A stretch of DNA of 64,000 nucleotides, from positions 24,711-88,710 of IMG/VR virus record IMGVR_UViG_3300023179_000017; one strand, 5' to 3'. The DNA is from a virus. Positions within the stretch are counted from its first letter, which is position 1; every line of letters begins with the position of its first letter. A program made the position numbers and the translations under genes. The notes under the pieces are model-generated. The model was given only the letters and a program-made list of their open reading frames with translations, searched no databases and was not told where the DNA came from. Of the stretch, positions 27,288 through 36,313 are shown in pieces.

Positions 27288-29528
27288 ATGGCACGCACAC
27301 TAGTCACAAGTATTTCAGCAGTCGGTGGAAGAAACCTCATCAAAGATGTTTTTTCTGGTAACGGCGTACAAAAAGTTTTCACTTTAAGTATCGACCCAGC
27401 CGCTCAGTCAAACACCATGGTCTATGTTTCTGGGGTCTACCAAAACCAAGACACCTACACTCTTGTTGGAACGACCTTGACCTTTAGTGAAGCGCCCCCT
27501 CTTGGTACCAACAACATCGAGGTCATGAGCGGGGAACAACTAGATATTAACGTTCCTGGAAACGACACGGTCAGTACGATTAAGATAAAAGACTTAAACG
27601 TTACTGGAGCGAAACTTGCTGATGGCAACGTTTCGTATGCAAAGCTAGCAAGCGATGTCACTAACAAATTTTCTGCCGGATATATTGCGAACGGCAGCGC
27701 TGAAGTGGACACCGCAGGATGGGCTAGCTATAACGATGGCGCAGTGGCGATGCCCGTGGACGGTACGGGCGGTGCTGCGACACTCACATGGACACGATCT
27801 ACTTCTTCTCCAATAAGAGGCGTTGCAAGTTTTAGATTAACAAAAACGGCTGCGAATTCTCAAGGACAGGGCGTTTCTTATCCATTCACCATTGAAAAAG
27901 CAGATCAGGCCAAGGTTTTAACTATTAGTTTTGATTATGAAGTGGTGAGTGGCACCTATGCTGATGGGGATGTGACGGTTTATATTTACGATGTAACCAA
28001 TTCTCAAATTATTCAACCTGCTGGTTATACAATTCAGAATGTTGCTAGCGGAATTGAAAACAAACACATTGCCACATTTCAAACTTCAGCAACGGGCACA
28101 AGCTACCGTCTTGTATTCCATGTCGCTTCAACAAGCGCATCTGCTTATGTTTTAGGAATAGATAATGTAGTGGTGGGCCCACAAACAGTTCAGTACGGTG
28201 CTCCTATAACAGATTGGGTAACTGAAACCAGAGTCGCCTGGGCCGGATCTTTAACTTCTTTGGGGAATGGCACTGCTGTTTATAAATCAAGAAGGGTTGG
28301 AGATTCTTTAGAAATTGAAGCATCGTTAAATGTTGGATCTACGACTGCTACTACAAGCACGGCAGCATTACGACTTGATTTAACTGGGATCACAATAGAT
28401 GGGAACAAGGGAACCGAATATTACGGGAATTCTGCGTTGGGCGGATCTGGTTACTTTTTAGATTCTTCTACAAATATTAGATACGTTTTGTCTCCATACA
28501 GAGCAAGTACATCACAAATAACATTTCACTCCTCTGCCAACTCAAATGATGTTTTTAAATCCGGAATACCAGTGGCATTTGCCAGTGGAGATGTGGTCAC
28601 AGTTAGAGCTTTAATACCGATTACTGGCTGGTCTAGTTCACTTCAGCTAAGTGACTCTACTGATACGAGAGTTGTGGCTACGCGGGCTTTTAGAAGTGGA
28701 ACAGATCAATCTATCGCATCTACACTTAACGCTTACACAAAAATTCAATTTAATGGCGCAAGTTTTGATGAAACCGGAAGTTTTAATACTACCGATAGTA
28801 GGTTTTCAGTTCCGGTCCCGGGCGTCTTTAAAATTAGCGGAACCGTAATGTTAAGGGCAACCACAGCAACGGGAGAATTGGGGATAGTTCTTTACAAAAA
28901 CGGAGTTCAAGTAAGCAATGTCTACGGTTCTAAACAGAGCGCCTCAAGTTTATCTACTAGTTACCTCTTTGTTTTTTACGAAAAAGCAAACGCGGGGGAT
29001 TACTTTGAGATTTTTATTTTAAATGCTACCTCGTCTGCTCTAAGCATTGCCGGATCAAACGCAATAGCCGGAGGAAGTTATGTAAATTTTCAACGAATCT
29101 CCGGCCCATCAACGATTGCTGCGACAGAAACAGTTGTGGCTCAGTTTGGAGCAAGTACAGCAAACTTATCTGTTTCTGGTGCTGCTGGTGCGGTAATTGT
29201 GTGGCCGAGCGTGGCCTACGACACTCACGGATGCTACAACCCATCAACAGGAGTTTATACTGTCCCTGTTAGCGGCTATTATAATGTCAGAATTACAGAA
29301 GCCTATACAGTAACGGCTGGTTCGCATTATCTAAATTTATTTAAAAATGGATCGTACCTTCAAAATGTCATCATGTATTGCCCAACTGCTGCAACGGTAG
29401 AAAGCGGATTTACTCAGGCATACTTTAATGCTGGTGATTTGATAACGATCAGATCGTCTTCAAATCACACAATTCAATACATAAATCAAGGCTATCAGGC
29501 CAAGGTATTTATAGAACGAGTTAAATAA
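27288..29528 (+). CDS. tail fibre paralog (no collar; two C1q-like domains)
   Basis: KIKDLNVTGAKL...YAKLASDVTNKF...YIANGSAEVDTAGW nearly identical to 22307..25123. Confidence 0.8.
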   Translation: MARTLVTSISAVGGRNLIKDVFSGNGVQKVFTLSIDPAAQSNTMVYVSGVYQNQDTYTLVGTTLTFSEAPPLGTNNIEVMSGEQLDINVPGNDTVSTIKIKDLNVTGAKLADGNVSYAKLASDVTNKFSAGYIANGSAEVDTAGWASYNDGAVAMPVDGTGGAATLTWTRSTSSPIRGVASFRLTKTAANSQGQGVSYPFTIEKADQAKVLTISFDYEVVSGTYADGDVTVYIYDVTNSQIIQPAGYTIQNVASGIENKHIATFQTSATGTSYRLVFHVASTSASAYVLGIDNVVVGPQTVQYGAPITDWVTETRVAWAGSLTSLGNGTAVYKSRRVGDSLEIEASLNVGSTTATTSTAALRLDLTGITIDGNKGTEYYGNSALGGSGYFLDSSTNIRYVLSPYRASTSQITFHSSANSNDVFKSGIPVAFASGDVVTVRALIPITGWSSSLQLSDSTDTRVVATRAFRSGTDQSIASTLNAYTKIQFNGASFDETGSFNTTDSRFSVPVPGVFKISGTVMLRATTATGELGIVLYKNGVQVSNVYGSKQSASSLSTSYLFVFYEKANAGDYFEIFILNATSSALSIAGSNAIAGGSYVNFQRISGPSTIAATETVVAQFGASTANLSVSGAAGAVIVWPSVAYDTHGCYNPSTGVYTVPVSGYYNVRITEAYTVTAGSHYLNLFKNGSYLQNVIMYCPTAATVESGFTQAYFNAGDLITIRSSSNHTIQYINQGYQAKVFIERVK

Positions 29529-29539
29529 GGGGTTAGCCT

Positions 29540-30076
29540 ATGGCACTAACAAAAGTACAAAAAGAACTGGTAAAACCTGCTGATTCTTTAAATCCCGCTG
29601 GGGCTATTTTAATGTTTGCTGGTAGCGTTGCTCCAACTGGGTGGCTTCTTTGTGACGGGACCGAGTATTCAAAAACTCTATATCCAGACTTAGACGCTAT
29701 ATTATCAGTAGGCGGAACGTACCCACACGGCCAAACAAACGGCTCAGGTGGTGCTGGTACATCTCATTTTAAAGTGCCAGATTGTCGTGGAGTTTTTGTT
29801 AGAGGTGTCGGATCTCAAACCATAAGTGGAACTTCTTATACTGGTGCTCTTGGTACAAAACAGGGCGATCAGATGCAGGGGCATATTCACAAAACATCTA
29901 GCGTGGCTCAGGCGGGACTTGCTGGAGCAAACAACTATGGCACTGGGCCGTACCCCGTAAATAACACCGAACTAAGCTCTGCCGCCCCCGCATCGGACGG
30001 CACCAACGGCACGCCACGCACAGGTGCAGAGACTAGACCTGCAAACATAGCTTTAAACTACATCATCAAATACTAA
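29540..30076 (+). CDS. stand-alone tail-collar domain protein
   Basis: PAGAILMFAGSVAPTGWLLCDG...FKVPDCRGVFVRG...ETRPANIALNYIIKY. Confidence 0.85.
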   Translation: MALTKVQKELVKPADSLNPAGAILMFAGSVAPTGWLLCDGTEYSKTLYPDLDAILSVGGTYPHGQTNGSGGAGTSHFKVPDCRGVFVRGVGSQTISGTSYTGALGTKQGDQMQGHIHKTSSVAQAGLAGANNYGTGPYPVNNTELSSAAPASDGTNGTPRTGAETRPANIALNYIIKY

Positions 30077-30261
30077 TGAATCCTCAATGCACAGGCGGCA
30101 TTCACGTATTCATCAACTCCAAGCAGATTTGTGTCTGCGGTGAGGAGAGAAAAGATTTAAAGTCTTTAAAAGATTGGGGATGGGTTTGCCCCATGTGTGG
30201 CAAATCTAACTCCCCTACCATCGCTCAATGCCATTGCGAGAATATTGTAAAAACAGATTAA
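30076..30261 (+). CDS. small Cys-rich (Zn-binding) protein
   Basis: CVC and GWVCPMCGKSNSP...CHC. Confidence 0.6.
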   Translation: MNPQCTGGIHVFINSKQICVCGEERKDLKSLKDWGWVCPMCGKSNSPTIAQCHCENIVKTD

Positions 30262-30297
30262 GGGCTTACAGATATACGTAGCGTCAATTTACGGCTA

Positions 30298-30306
30298 TGC
30301 TATACT
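30298..30306 (+). promoter_or_regulatory. extended -10 promoter TGCTATACT
   Basis: TGn plus TATACT in an intergenic gap. Confidence 0.6.
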
Positions 30307-30376
30307 AGTTCTTGTTCTTCTTTAGTCCTTGTGCATAATACCTAACATTTCGGAGGAGCTCGTGAGGGAGCCATCA

Positions 30377-30607
30377 ATGAAGGAACGTATTGCACGTATT
30401 GAGGAAATTACGAAACACCTAAAAGACGGCCAAGAAAAAATGCAGTCTAAACTAGACGAGCATTTTCACTTCATCAATGAAAAGGCTATCGTATGGCTTC
30501 AAACCCACGACAAGGAAATCACTAACCTTAAACGTGACCGCTGGTGGGTAATTAGTATCTGCAGCACTTTTTTTGCAATTGCTTTGGCAATGATTAAACG
30601 CGGGTAA
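30377..30607 (+). CDS. coiled coil plus C-terminal TM protein (XhlA/holin-like)
   Basis: SD GAGGGAG before ATG 30377; ERIARIEE coiled coil; WWVISICSTFFAIALAM. Confidence 0.6.
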   Translation: MKERIARIEEITKHLKDGQEKMQSKLDEHFHFINEKAIVWLQTHDKEITNLKRDRWWVISICSTFFAIALAMIKRG

Positions 30608-30630
30608 CCGCTTTTTAAGAGGAAAACATT

Positions 30631-30996
30631 ATGTCTATGATGGAATTTATTTTTCAAATCATTAAATCTTTTGGTCAATTTCAAGGCATGCAAGCAAGCA
30701 TCATCGCTTCTACCATGCTGACCCTTCTTATCTCTTCTATTAAAGTTTCCCCACTCTCTGGCCTTTGGGACAGGCTTGGTCAATTTAAAGTACTTGCCGC
30801 CCCCATCATGAGTATGGCAATCGCAGCTTTGGCTATTAAGCCCTTTAGCATGGAAGCCATGATGACCGCCTTTATTACGGGCGCCGGCTCCGTAGCTGTT
30901 CACGAATTCCTAAGCGCTGCCAAATCTATTCCAGGCATGTCAAAAATTGCAGATATGTTGGAATCGCTTCTTGATATGCTAACCCCAAAAAAATAA
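30631..30996 (+). CDS. membrane protein (holin-like)
   Basis: SD GAGGA; three hydrophobic segments. Confidence 0.55.
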   Translation: MSMMEFIFQIIKSFGQFQGMQASIIASTMLTLLISSIKVSPLSGLWDRLGQFKVLAAPIMSMAIAALAIKPFSMEAMMTAFITGAGSVAVHEFLSAAKSIPGMSKIADMLESLLDMLTPKK

Positions 30997-31132
30997 AAAG
31001 CCCGAAAACCCGCACGGCGCACCGCCTTTACGCGACGGTCAATATAAGTTGTTTTTGATTTTTTTAAAACCGTCGTACAATTAGTACGTTCTTTACGCTT
31101 CACTTTAAAAACGTACAACATGGCGGTGTATA

Positions 31133-31885
31133 TTGGCTTCGCTAAAACGAGTCTTACACGTTTCTGATTGCCATCATCCATTTGTAAATAAAGCCTCCTG
31201 GCAACTTCTTCTTGATGTGGGAAAACAACTCAAACCCCATCTCATAGTGGTGCACGGAGATTTTTTTGATTTTTACTCTGTAAGCCGGCACGCAAAAGAT
31301 CCGATGGTTGATTTCAAAACTTGGAAAGATGAAATGCAAGAGGCAAGGGGCGCACTTGATGAGCTCATCTCTAAAGTGCCTCACCGAGAATTGGTTTTCC
31401 TAGAGGGAAATCACGAAAAAAGGCTTGTAAGATATATTAACGATCATGCTCCAAAACTTGCTGGTATTTTTAAACCAGAAGAAATCATGGGGCTTCCTAA
31501 AGACATCAAATACATCAACTACGGGCAAAACGGAAAATTCGTCATTGGAGATTTGGTCTGTGTGCACGGATCACGTGCTGGAGAAAACCCAGCAGCTTCA
31601 ATGGTTAAAAAATTTAGAAGCTCCGTTATTTTTGGACACACTCACAAAATCCAAGAATACCATATACAAAACGCTCATGGACAAGACTTCGTCGCTCTGA
31701 ATATTGGCTGGCTAGGAAATCAATCAAAAGCCGCCGAATATATCATGGATATCTCCGACTGGACGCAAGGTTTCGGTATCACGTGGCATAGACCCAACGG
31801 TGGATTTTTCCACCAGCTCATTCAAATCTATGCGCATAGGGGAGTTCACGAATGTCAGTTTCAAGACGTCGTCTTCCGAAAGTAA
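31133..31885 (+). CDS. calcineurin-like metallophosphoesterase
   Basis: SDCH, GDFFD, GNHE, VHG, GHTH motifs; TTG start. Confidence 0.85.
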   Translation: MASLKRVLHVSDCHHPFVNKASWQLLLDVGKQLKPHLIVVHGDFFDFYSVSRHAKDPMVDFKTWKDEMQEARGALDELISKVPHRELVFLEGNHEKRLVRYINDHAPKLAGIFKPEEIMGLPKDIKYINYGQNGKFVIGDLVCVHGSRAGENPAASMVKKFRSSVIFGHTHKIQEYHIQNAHGQDFVALNIGWLGNQSKAAEYIMDISDWTQGFGITWHRPNGGFFHQLIQIYAHRGVHECQFQDVVFRK

Positions 31886-32115
31886 AACGGGGCGACTTAT
31901 TAGAGATTGTTTTCTTAGACCACGCCTGCACAGTGGGGGGCCTGTCTTCCCCCATTCTTTGTAGGGCCATCGGAGAGCTTGTCAATGAAGATAAGCAAGC
32001 CTACTACCTAGCAAGCTGGATGACCGAAGAGAATGACGTTACTAACCTAGATTCCCACACCGTATTAAAATCCACTATTAAAACCATAGTAAAAATCAGA
32101 AGCAAAAAGAGGTAA
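31852..32115 (+). CDS. hypothetical phage protein
   Basis: 87 aa, overlaps the phosphoesterase 3' end. Confidence 0.65.
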   Translation: MSVSRRRLPKVKRGDLLEIVFLDHACTVGGLSSPILCRAIGELVNEDKQAYYLASWMTEENDVTNLDSHTVLKSTIKTIVKIRSKKR

Positions 32116-32158
32116 TTTCTTTTATAAAACAAGAAGAAGAGCACAATCTAAAAAAACC

Positions 32159-32167
32159 TGATATTCT
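32159..32167 (+). promoter_or_regulatory. extended -10 promoter TGATATTCT
   Basis: TGn plus TAnnnT in an intergenic gap before SD AAAGGA. Confidence 0.45.
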
Positions 32168-32207
32168 ATGCGTTGAAACTACAATGAAAAGAAAGGATAC
32201 TTAAGCC

Positions 32208-32579
32208 ATGTATCAATATGTATCTGTAGAACCCACAGCTGTTGTTCACCAAATGAACGCTGGAGCTGCCCTAGATGGGGCACTTCCTGGCACAAATCCT
32301 TCAGTCTCTTCTGGGGAAATGAAGTGGGCTTCTCTTACACACGGCGGGCTTTTTTCCTTTCAAGGGCAACCAGTTATTGTCGAGAGCTTGTCAGCTCAAA
32401 ACTCAACCGTCACTTGGTCTATTATTGACAGCGACGGCAACTCTTTAAGAGCTGTCCCACAAACACCTTTTTTACTCTCAGCTAACGAATCTTTAAAAGC
32501 TACAGGCAACGCCTCGAGCCCTTCTAGTAAAGCCACCGCAAGAGTCATTGCCAGACTTGCAGGTCAAAAGGTGCTCTAA
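32208..32579 (+). CDS. hypothetical, probably structural
   Basis: 123 aa, SD-led. Confidence 0.7.
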   Translation: MYQYVSVEPTAVVHQMNAGAALDGALPGTNPSVSSGEMKWASLTHGGLFSFQGQPVIVESLSAQNSTVTWSIIDSDGNSLRAVPQTPFLLSANESLKATGNASSPSSKATARVIARLAGQKVL

Positions 32580-33151
32580 TGTTTCAAGGACAAGGCTACG
32601 AAACGGTTATTCAATTAAGCGCAGAAGGCGTTTCAAATAGCTCTGTCGAAATGAAATATTGGAAACAAGGCGACACAGCCCTTACGACTAGGCCTGTCAA
32701 TTCTAGCGAATGGACCGAACTAGAAGCAGGTCTATATATCTTAAAACTTCCCAATGACCTTTTTACAACACTTGGTTCCTTTGCGCTCTACCTCACGGGG
32801 CCCTTCGAACCCATCTTAATAAAAGAATACGTCGAGCCGGCCCCTGTGGGGTTGCTCACCACCCCAGACCATTGCATAGTGTCTGGGAACCTTGCCGACT
32901 TAGGCGGTAATCCCGCCCAAAGCCATAGAATCGTTTTTAGAATTGCGGGCTTTCCAAGAAGGTCCGGAAGCAGCCTTTTAGTGTCAGATAGACTGGTTAC
33001 CTATGCTGACGCCCAGGGCAATTTTAGTGCGAGATTAGTTAGGGGTTCTACTGTTATAATCGAGATAGATCAGGCAGGAATCAAGAACCAGATAGAAGTA
33101 CCAAATCAACCAACAGCTCTACTTCTTGATTTGCTACCCTCTATCCCCTAA
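32579..33151 (+). CDS. probable structural beta-sandwich protein
   Basis: C-terminal C.V.G...G.F...L...IEI module shared with 35504..36313. Confidence 0.65.
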   Translation: MFQGQGYETVIQLSAEGVSNSSVEMKYWKQGDTALTTRPVNSSEWTELEAGLYILKLPNDLFTTLGSFALYLTGPFEPILIKEYVEPAPVGLLTTPDHCIVSGNLADLGGNPAQSHRIVFRIAGFPRRSGSSLLVSDRLVTYADAQGNFSARLVRGSTVIIEIDQAGIKNQIEVPNQPTALLLDLLPSIP

Positions 33152-33173
33152 GCTTATGTATTAGGAGAACATC

Positions 33174-34253
33174 ATGTTCAAGATAGCTAACCAGGTCTTA
33201 GACGCGTATGACGACGTAGACCACAAAATTTTAAGAAAGGTCGCTAAACTCGATCCGAAGATCTACCTTATGTCCAACGACGAGCGACAAAAGCTATCTG
33301 ACAACGACTTTGCTCTTTCCGTCATTACTAAGAAGGCCTCTAAGCTTAATAAGTTTCCTGTAGATACTTACGACAACGCCTGGCTTTCAAATCAATACTT
33401 TAATGAAACTCACTTAAGGCTTCCTAAAGAGGCCGCAGAAATCGCAGCCTACCACATTAAAAAGGCTTGCGAACAACACGAGATTGAAACCACCCCAGCC
33501 GTTGAGGGAATGGCTAAAGAGGCTTACTCCAACGTGTACTACGAAGGGGATTTAACCAGTAACGACAAAACCCAAAAAGTCGTTGATGTCGATTTAAGTA
33601 AGTTTGCAGAAGTCGAAAAAATTTCTGATAGCTACACCTTTGCTCAATACGCTTTTCCCACACAAGCCCATGTGAAGCTTGCCAATATGTACTTTGATAA
33701 GTACGCAGAAGCTATGCCGCTTGAAGTAAGACATGGATACGCTTCTAACCTGCAAAAGCGAGCAGGCGAGCTTGGAATTAACCTCAAAGGCAAAATCAGC
33801 AAGTACGCTGCTAATGCTTACGGCGCTCATGTAAATGCTCACCTATCGAGCCGAAAGTCCCTACTCGAAGTAGCAGACCCAAAATACGCTGCCGCTTTAG
33901 AAAAACTAGGGCACATGAAAGATTCTTTGTCCCCAAGCGAGTTCGCAAAGCTCCTTCACGGATTTGATAAAAGAGCTGGCCTTGATAAGTACTACGGCGG
34001 CTACCTCTTAAATCCTTACGAAGCAACCTTTGCCAATCAGCACAACCCAAGCTATGAGTACAAGAGTGCTTCATACAACAGTTTAAGTGCTGACATGATT
34101 GGTAAGATTTCTTCTGAAAAGTACGCAAAGATTAAAGAATATTTCGGAAGCAGTGTTGCTGACGCTCTTAAAAAAGAAGGCGCCCCTGTTTTTGAATCCC
34201 TGCCTAACGATGCCAAAGAGATTATAGCGGGTATTGCAGATGGCTCGCTATGA
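33174..34253 (+). CDS. putative head-associated protein with repeated K-x-A motifs
   Basis: SD AGGAG; FKIAN, SKFAE, SKYAA, YKSAS. Confidence 0.65.
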   Translation: MFKIANQVLDAYDDVDHKILRKVAKLDPKIYLMSNDERQKLSDNDFALSVITKKASKLNKFPVDTYDNAWLSNQYFNETHLRLPKEAAEIAAYHIKKACEQHEIETTPAVEGMAKEAYSNVYYEGDLTSNDKTQKVVDVDLSKFAEVEKISDSYTFAQYAFPTQAHVKLANMYFDKYAEAMPLEVRHGYASNLQKRAGELGINLKGKISKYAANAYGAHVNAHLSSRKSLLEVADPKYAAALEKLGHMKDSLSPSEFAKLLHGFDKRAGLDKYYGGYLLNPYEATFANQHNPSYEYKSASYNSLSADMIGKISSEKYAKIKEYFGSSVADALKKEGAPVFESLPNDAKEIIAGIADGSL

Positions 34254-34983
34254 TGAAGACACGCAGAAATTCATAGACGAAGTTTCTGACGATAGAAGCA
34301 CCAAAGAAAAACTCATCCGAGGCGCAGTCAACGTTGCTAAAGACGTAGCAAGAAAACAGCCTCTTGTTCCCACAATCGCAAGGCGAGCCGTACAAGCTGG
34401 AACCCACAAGGTACTTGAAAAAGAAAGTAACGTCCCAGTCCTTAAACTCTTTGAGGAACTAAACGACGAATTTAAAGATGGCTGGTGGGATTGGGAACCA
34501 GAAACCCTTTGGCAAACCTTTGAGGGCATTAGGCCCTCTGACGAATTAAAGAACATGATTCAAGCACTCCAAGTGGTCGTTAAAACAAACGCCGCTTTTG
34601 AGAACTGGCATGTCTTTGAAAAAGTCTCTCACGCCTTTAACGAAAACCCCGTCCTCTTTAGCGCCATCCAACCACTAGAGCTTGATGAGATTGCCTACAC
34701 CCACAAGATTTTAAAAACCATTAGGCCAAAAGAAGAATACGAAGACGAAGTTTTGGGCTACATCGCCTCCTGTGCTAAACGGTCTGGCGTTGTATATCTT
34801 CCAGAGGGGGTCTTTCCTAAAGGGTGCCAGAAGTTTCTAGATGACTTAGGAAATGACCTAAGCCTTAAAAATGAAGTAGCCAAAATCTGGCCAAAGTGCG
34901 AAGACGGAGAAGAAGCTGCAGGAGTTCAGTGCTCAAGGCTTTCTGAAATCGTCCAGTACGTCGCACGAAGAATCAGAGACTAA
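34234..34983 (+). CDS. hypothetical protein
   Basis: 249-aa ORF in the head-region operon. Confidence 0.75.
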   Translation: MQMARYDEDTQKFIDEVSDDRSTKEKLIRGAVNVAKDVARKQPLVPTIARRAVQAGTHKVLEKESNVPVLKLFEELNDEFKDGWWDWEPETLWQTFEGIRPSDELKNMIQALQVVVKTNAAFENWHVFEKVSHAFNENPVLFSAIQPLELDEIAYTHKILKTIRPKEEYEDEVLGYIASCAKRSGVVYLPEGVFPKGCQKFLDDLGNDLSLKNEVAKIWPKCEDGEEAAGVQCSRLSEIVQYVARRIRD

Positions 34984-35006
34984 CGCGCTGCTTACTGACA
35001 GCTGTG

Positions 35007-35015
35007 TGCTAAAAT
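35007..35015 (+). promoter_or_regulatory. extended -10 promoter TGCTAAAAT
   Basis: 9 nt before ATG 35025; no SD. Confidence 0.6.
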
Positions 35016-35024
35016 AACCTCGAT

Positions 35025-35291
35025 ATGGATCTAACTAACAACGACATTTTAGTAACCTCTTGGGAAATCGATGAGCTTGATAATACGCTCACTTTGACCT
35101 TCAAAGATGTGACAGAAGCCACAACCCTTGGCACAATGGTAGTTGATACAACAAAGTTTAGAAGCCTGGTCGACGCACTCAATCAAGTGGGGCAAGCTCT
35201 GTTCCCAACAGAACAAAACCTCACCACCAGAGAAAAACACCGAACCAGCTTCAATACAAAAACACAGAAATCAACGACAGAGTTTTTATGA
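35025..35291 (+). CDS. hypothetical protein
   Basis: 88 aa, has its own promoter motif. Confidence 0.65.
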   Translation: MDLTNNDILVTSWEIDELDNTLTLTFKDVTEATTLGTMVVDTTKFRSLVDALNQVGQALFPTEQNLTTREKHRTSFNTKTQKSTTEFL

Positions 35292-35357
35292 CACCACAAG
35301 CGGTACTTCAAGTAACGGGCACGCTGAACCCACCGAAGGTGGTAGGATTTTATGGTT

Positions 35358-35507
35358 ATGAAGAATAACTTTTGGAACGGCTTTGAGAAGAAGGCTTCTT
35401 TTAAAAGAATGCTCCTTCACAGCATCATGACGGGGAAACCACTTCGCATGAAAGGGCATAGCCGAAAAAGTATTTTTAGAACAAGTGTTGGAAAGTCGAC
35501 CCGATGA
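35358..35507 (+). CDS. 49-aa basic peptide with FxxGFxKxA motif; not in ORF track
   Basis: MKNNFWNGFEKKASFKRMLLHSIMTGKPLRMKGHSRKSIFRTSVGKSTR; ATGA overlap with next gene. Confidence 0.65.
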   Translation: MKNNFWNGFEKKASFKRMLLHSIMTGKPLRMKGHSRKSIFRTSVGKSTR

Positions 35508-36313
35508 TTACTTTAAAGTGGCAAAAATATCCAGGTAGCACCGTTGGTAGTTTTAAAATATACCGAAGCATTATGGGTTTTATGGCACCTTTAAGTGGCG
35601 TAACCTACGGCGCAACTTTAATTTTAAAAATAAACGGCAAGCCACAACAGACTGTCACCTTTGAAGATGATCCGGTAGCAGATATCAATGCTGCCATCAC
35701 AGGCGGTAAAGCCTTTCTTTCAAATTCCGGCACACACTTTATTTTTAGATCAGATATCCGACAAGCTCCGGGGTCTGTGGAGATTGTGGGGGGAACTGCA
35801 ATGGGTCCTTTGGGACTTACTGCACGGCTTATCACCCAGACCTCGGAAGATACCCTAGTCGCCACACTCTCTGACACGACAACTGAATATACAGACCTAG
35901 ACGGAGTGCTCTGCGATTACTACGCTATCTCAACCGTCACAGACGGGGTTGAGAGCGACAAGTCAGGCTACCAACGACCTATTGAGGCAACAGGTCCCAT
36001 CTGCGTCATTGAAGGGACTATCACAAACTTACAAGGCACAGCAGCCTCCGATGTCGAGGTCAAAGCTACCATTCAAGTGCCTACAGAAATCGTGAGTGGT
36101 ACAGCCATTACTTTAAAGCCCATTACGACACGCACCGACAAATTTGGAAAATTCAGTCTTCCTCTTTTACAAAAGGCCCTAATTAAACTAGAAATACCAG
36201 ATATAGGGTTTATGCAATTATTTAAAGTTCCAGAACAGACTTGTGTATTCTTATCTGATTTAGTGTCGGACGAGGATGCCTATTATCCAATCGGATATAG
36301 AGGGGCAACCTGA
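35504..36313 (+). CDS. probable structural protein, paralog of 32579..33151
   Basis: ICVIEGTITNLQG...TRTDKFGKFSLPLLQKALIKLEIPD. Confidence 0.65.
   Translation: MITLKWQKYPGSTVGSFKIYRSIMGFMAPLSGVTYGATLILKINGKPQQTVTFEDDPVADINAAITGGKAFLSNSGTHFIFRSDIRQAPGSVEIVGGTAMGPLGLTARLITQTSEDTLVATLSDTTTEYTDLDGVLCDYYAISTVTDGVESDKSGYQRPIEATGPICVIEGTITNLQGTAASDVEVKATIQVPTEIVSGTAITLKPITTRTDKFGKFSLPLLQKALIKLEIPDIGFMQLFKVPEQTCVFLSDLVSDEDAYYPIGYRGAT

Noticed and set aside
22307-30076. Diversity-generating retroelement or invertible fibre cassette
   Set aside because: No reverse transcriptase, adenine-biased TR/VR pair, invertase or inverted crossover sites in the window.
35288-35368. 26-aa ORF MTPQAVLQ... and track ORF 35143..35361
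   Set aside because: Too short or overlapping, with no motif support.
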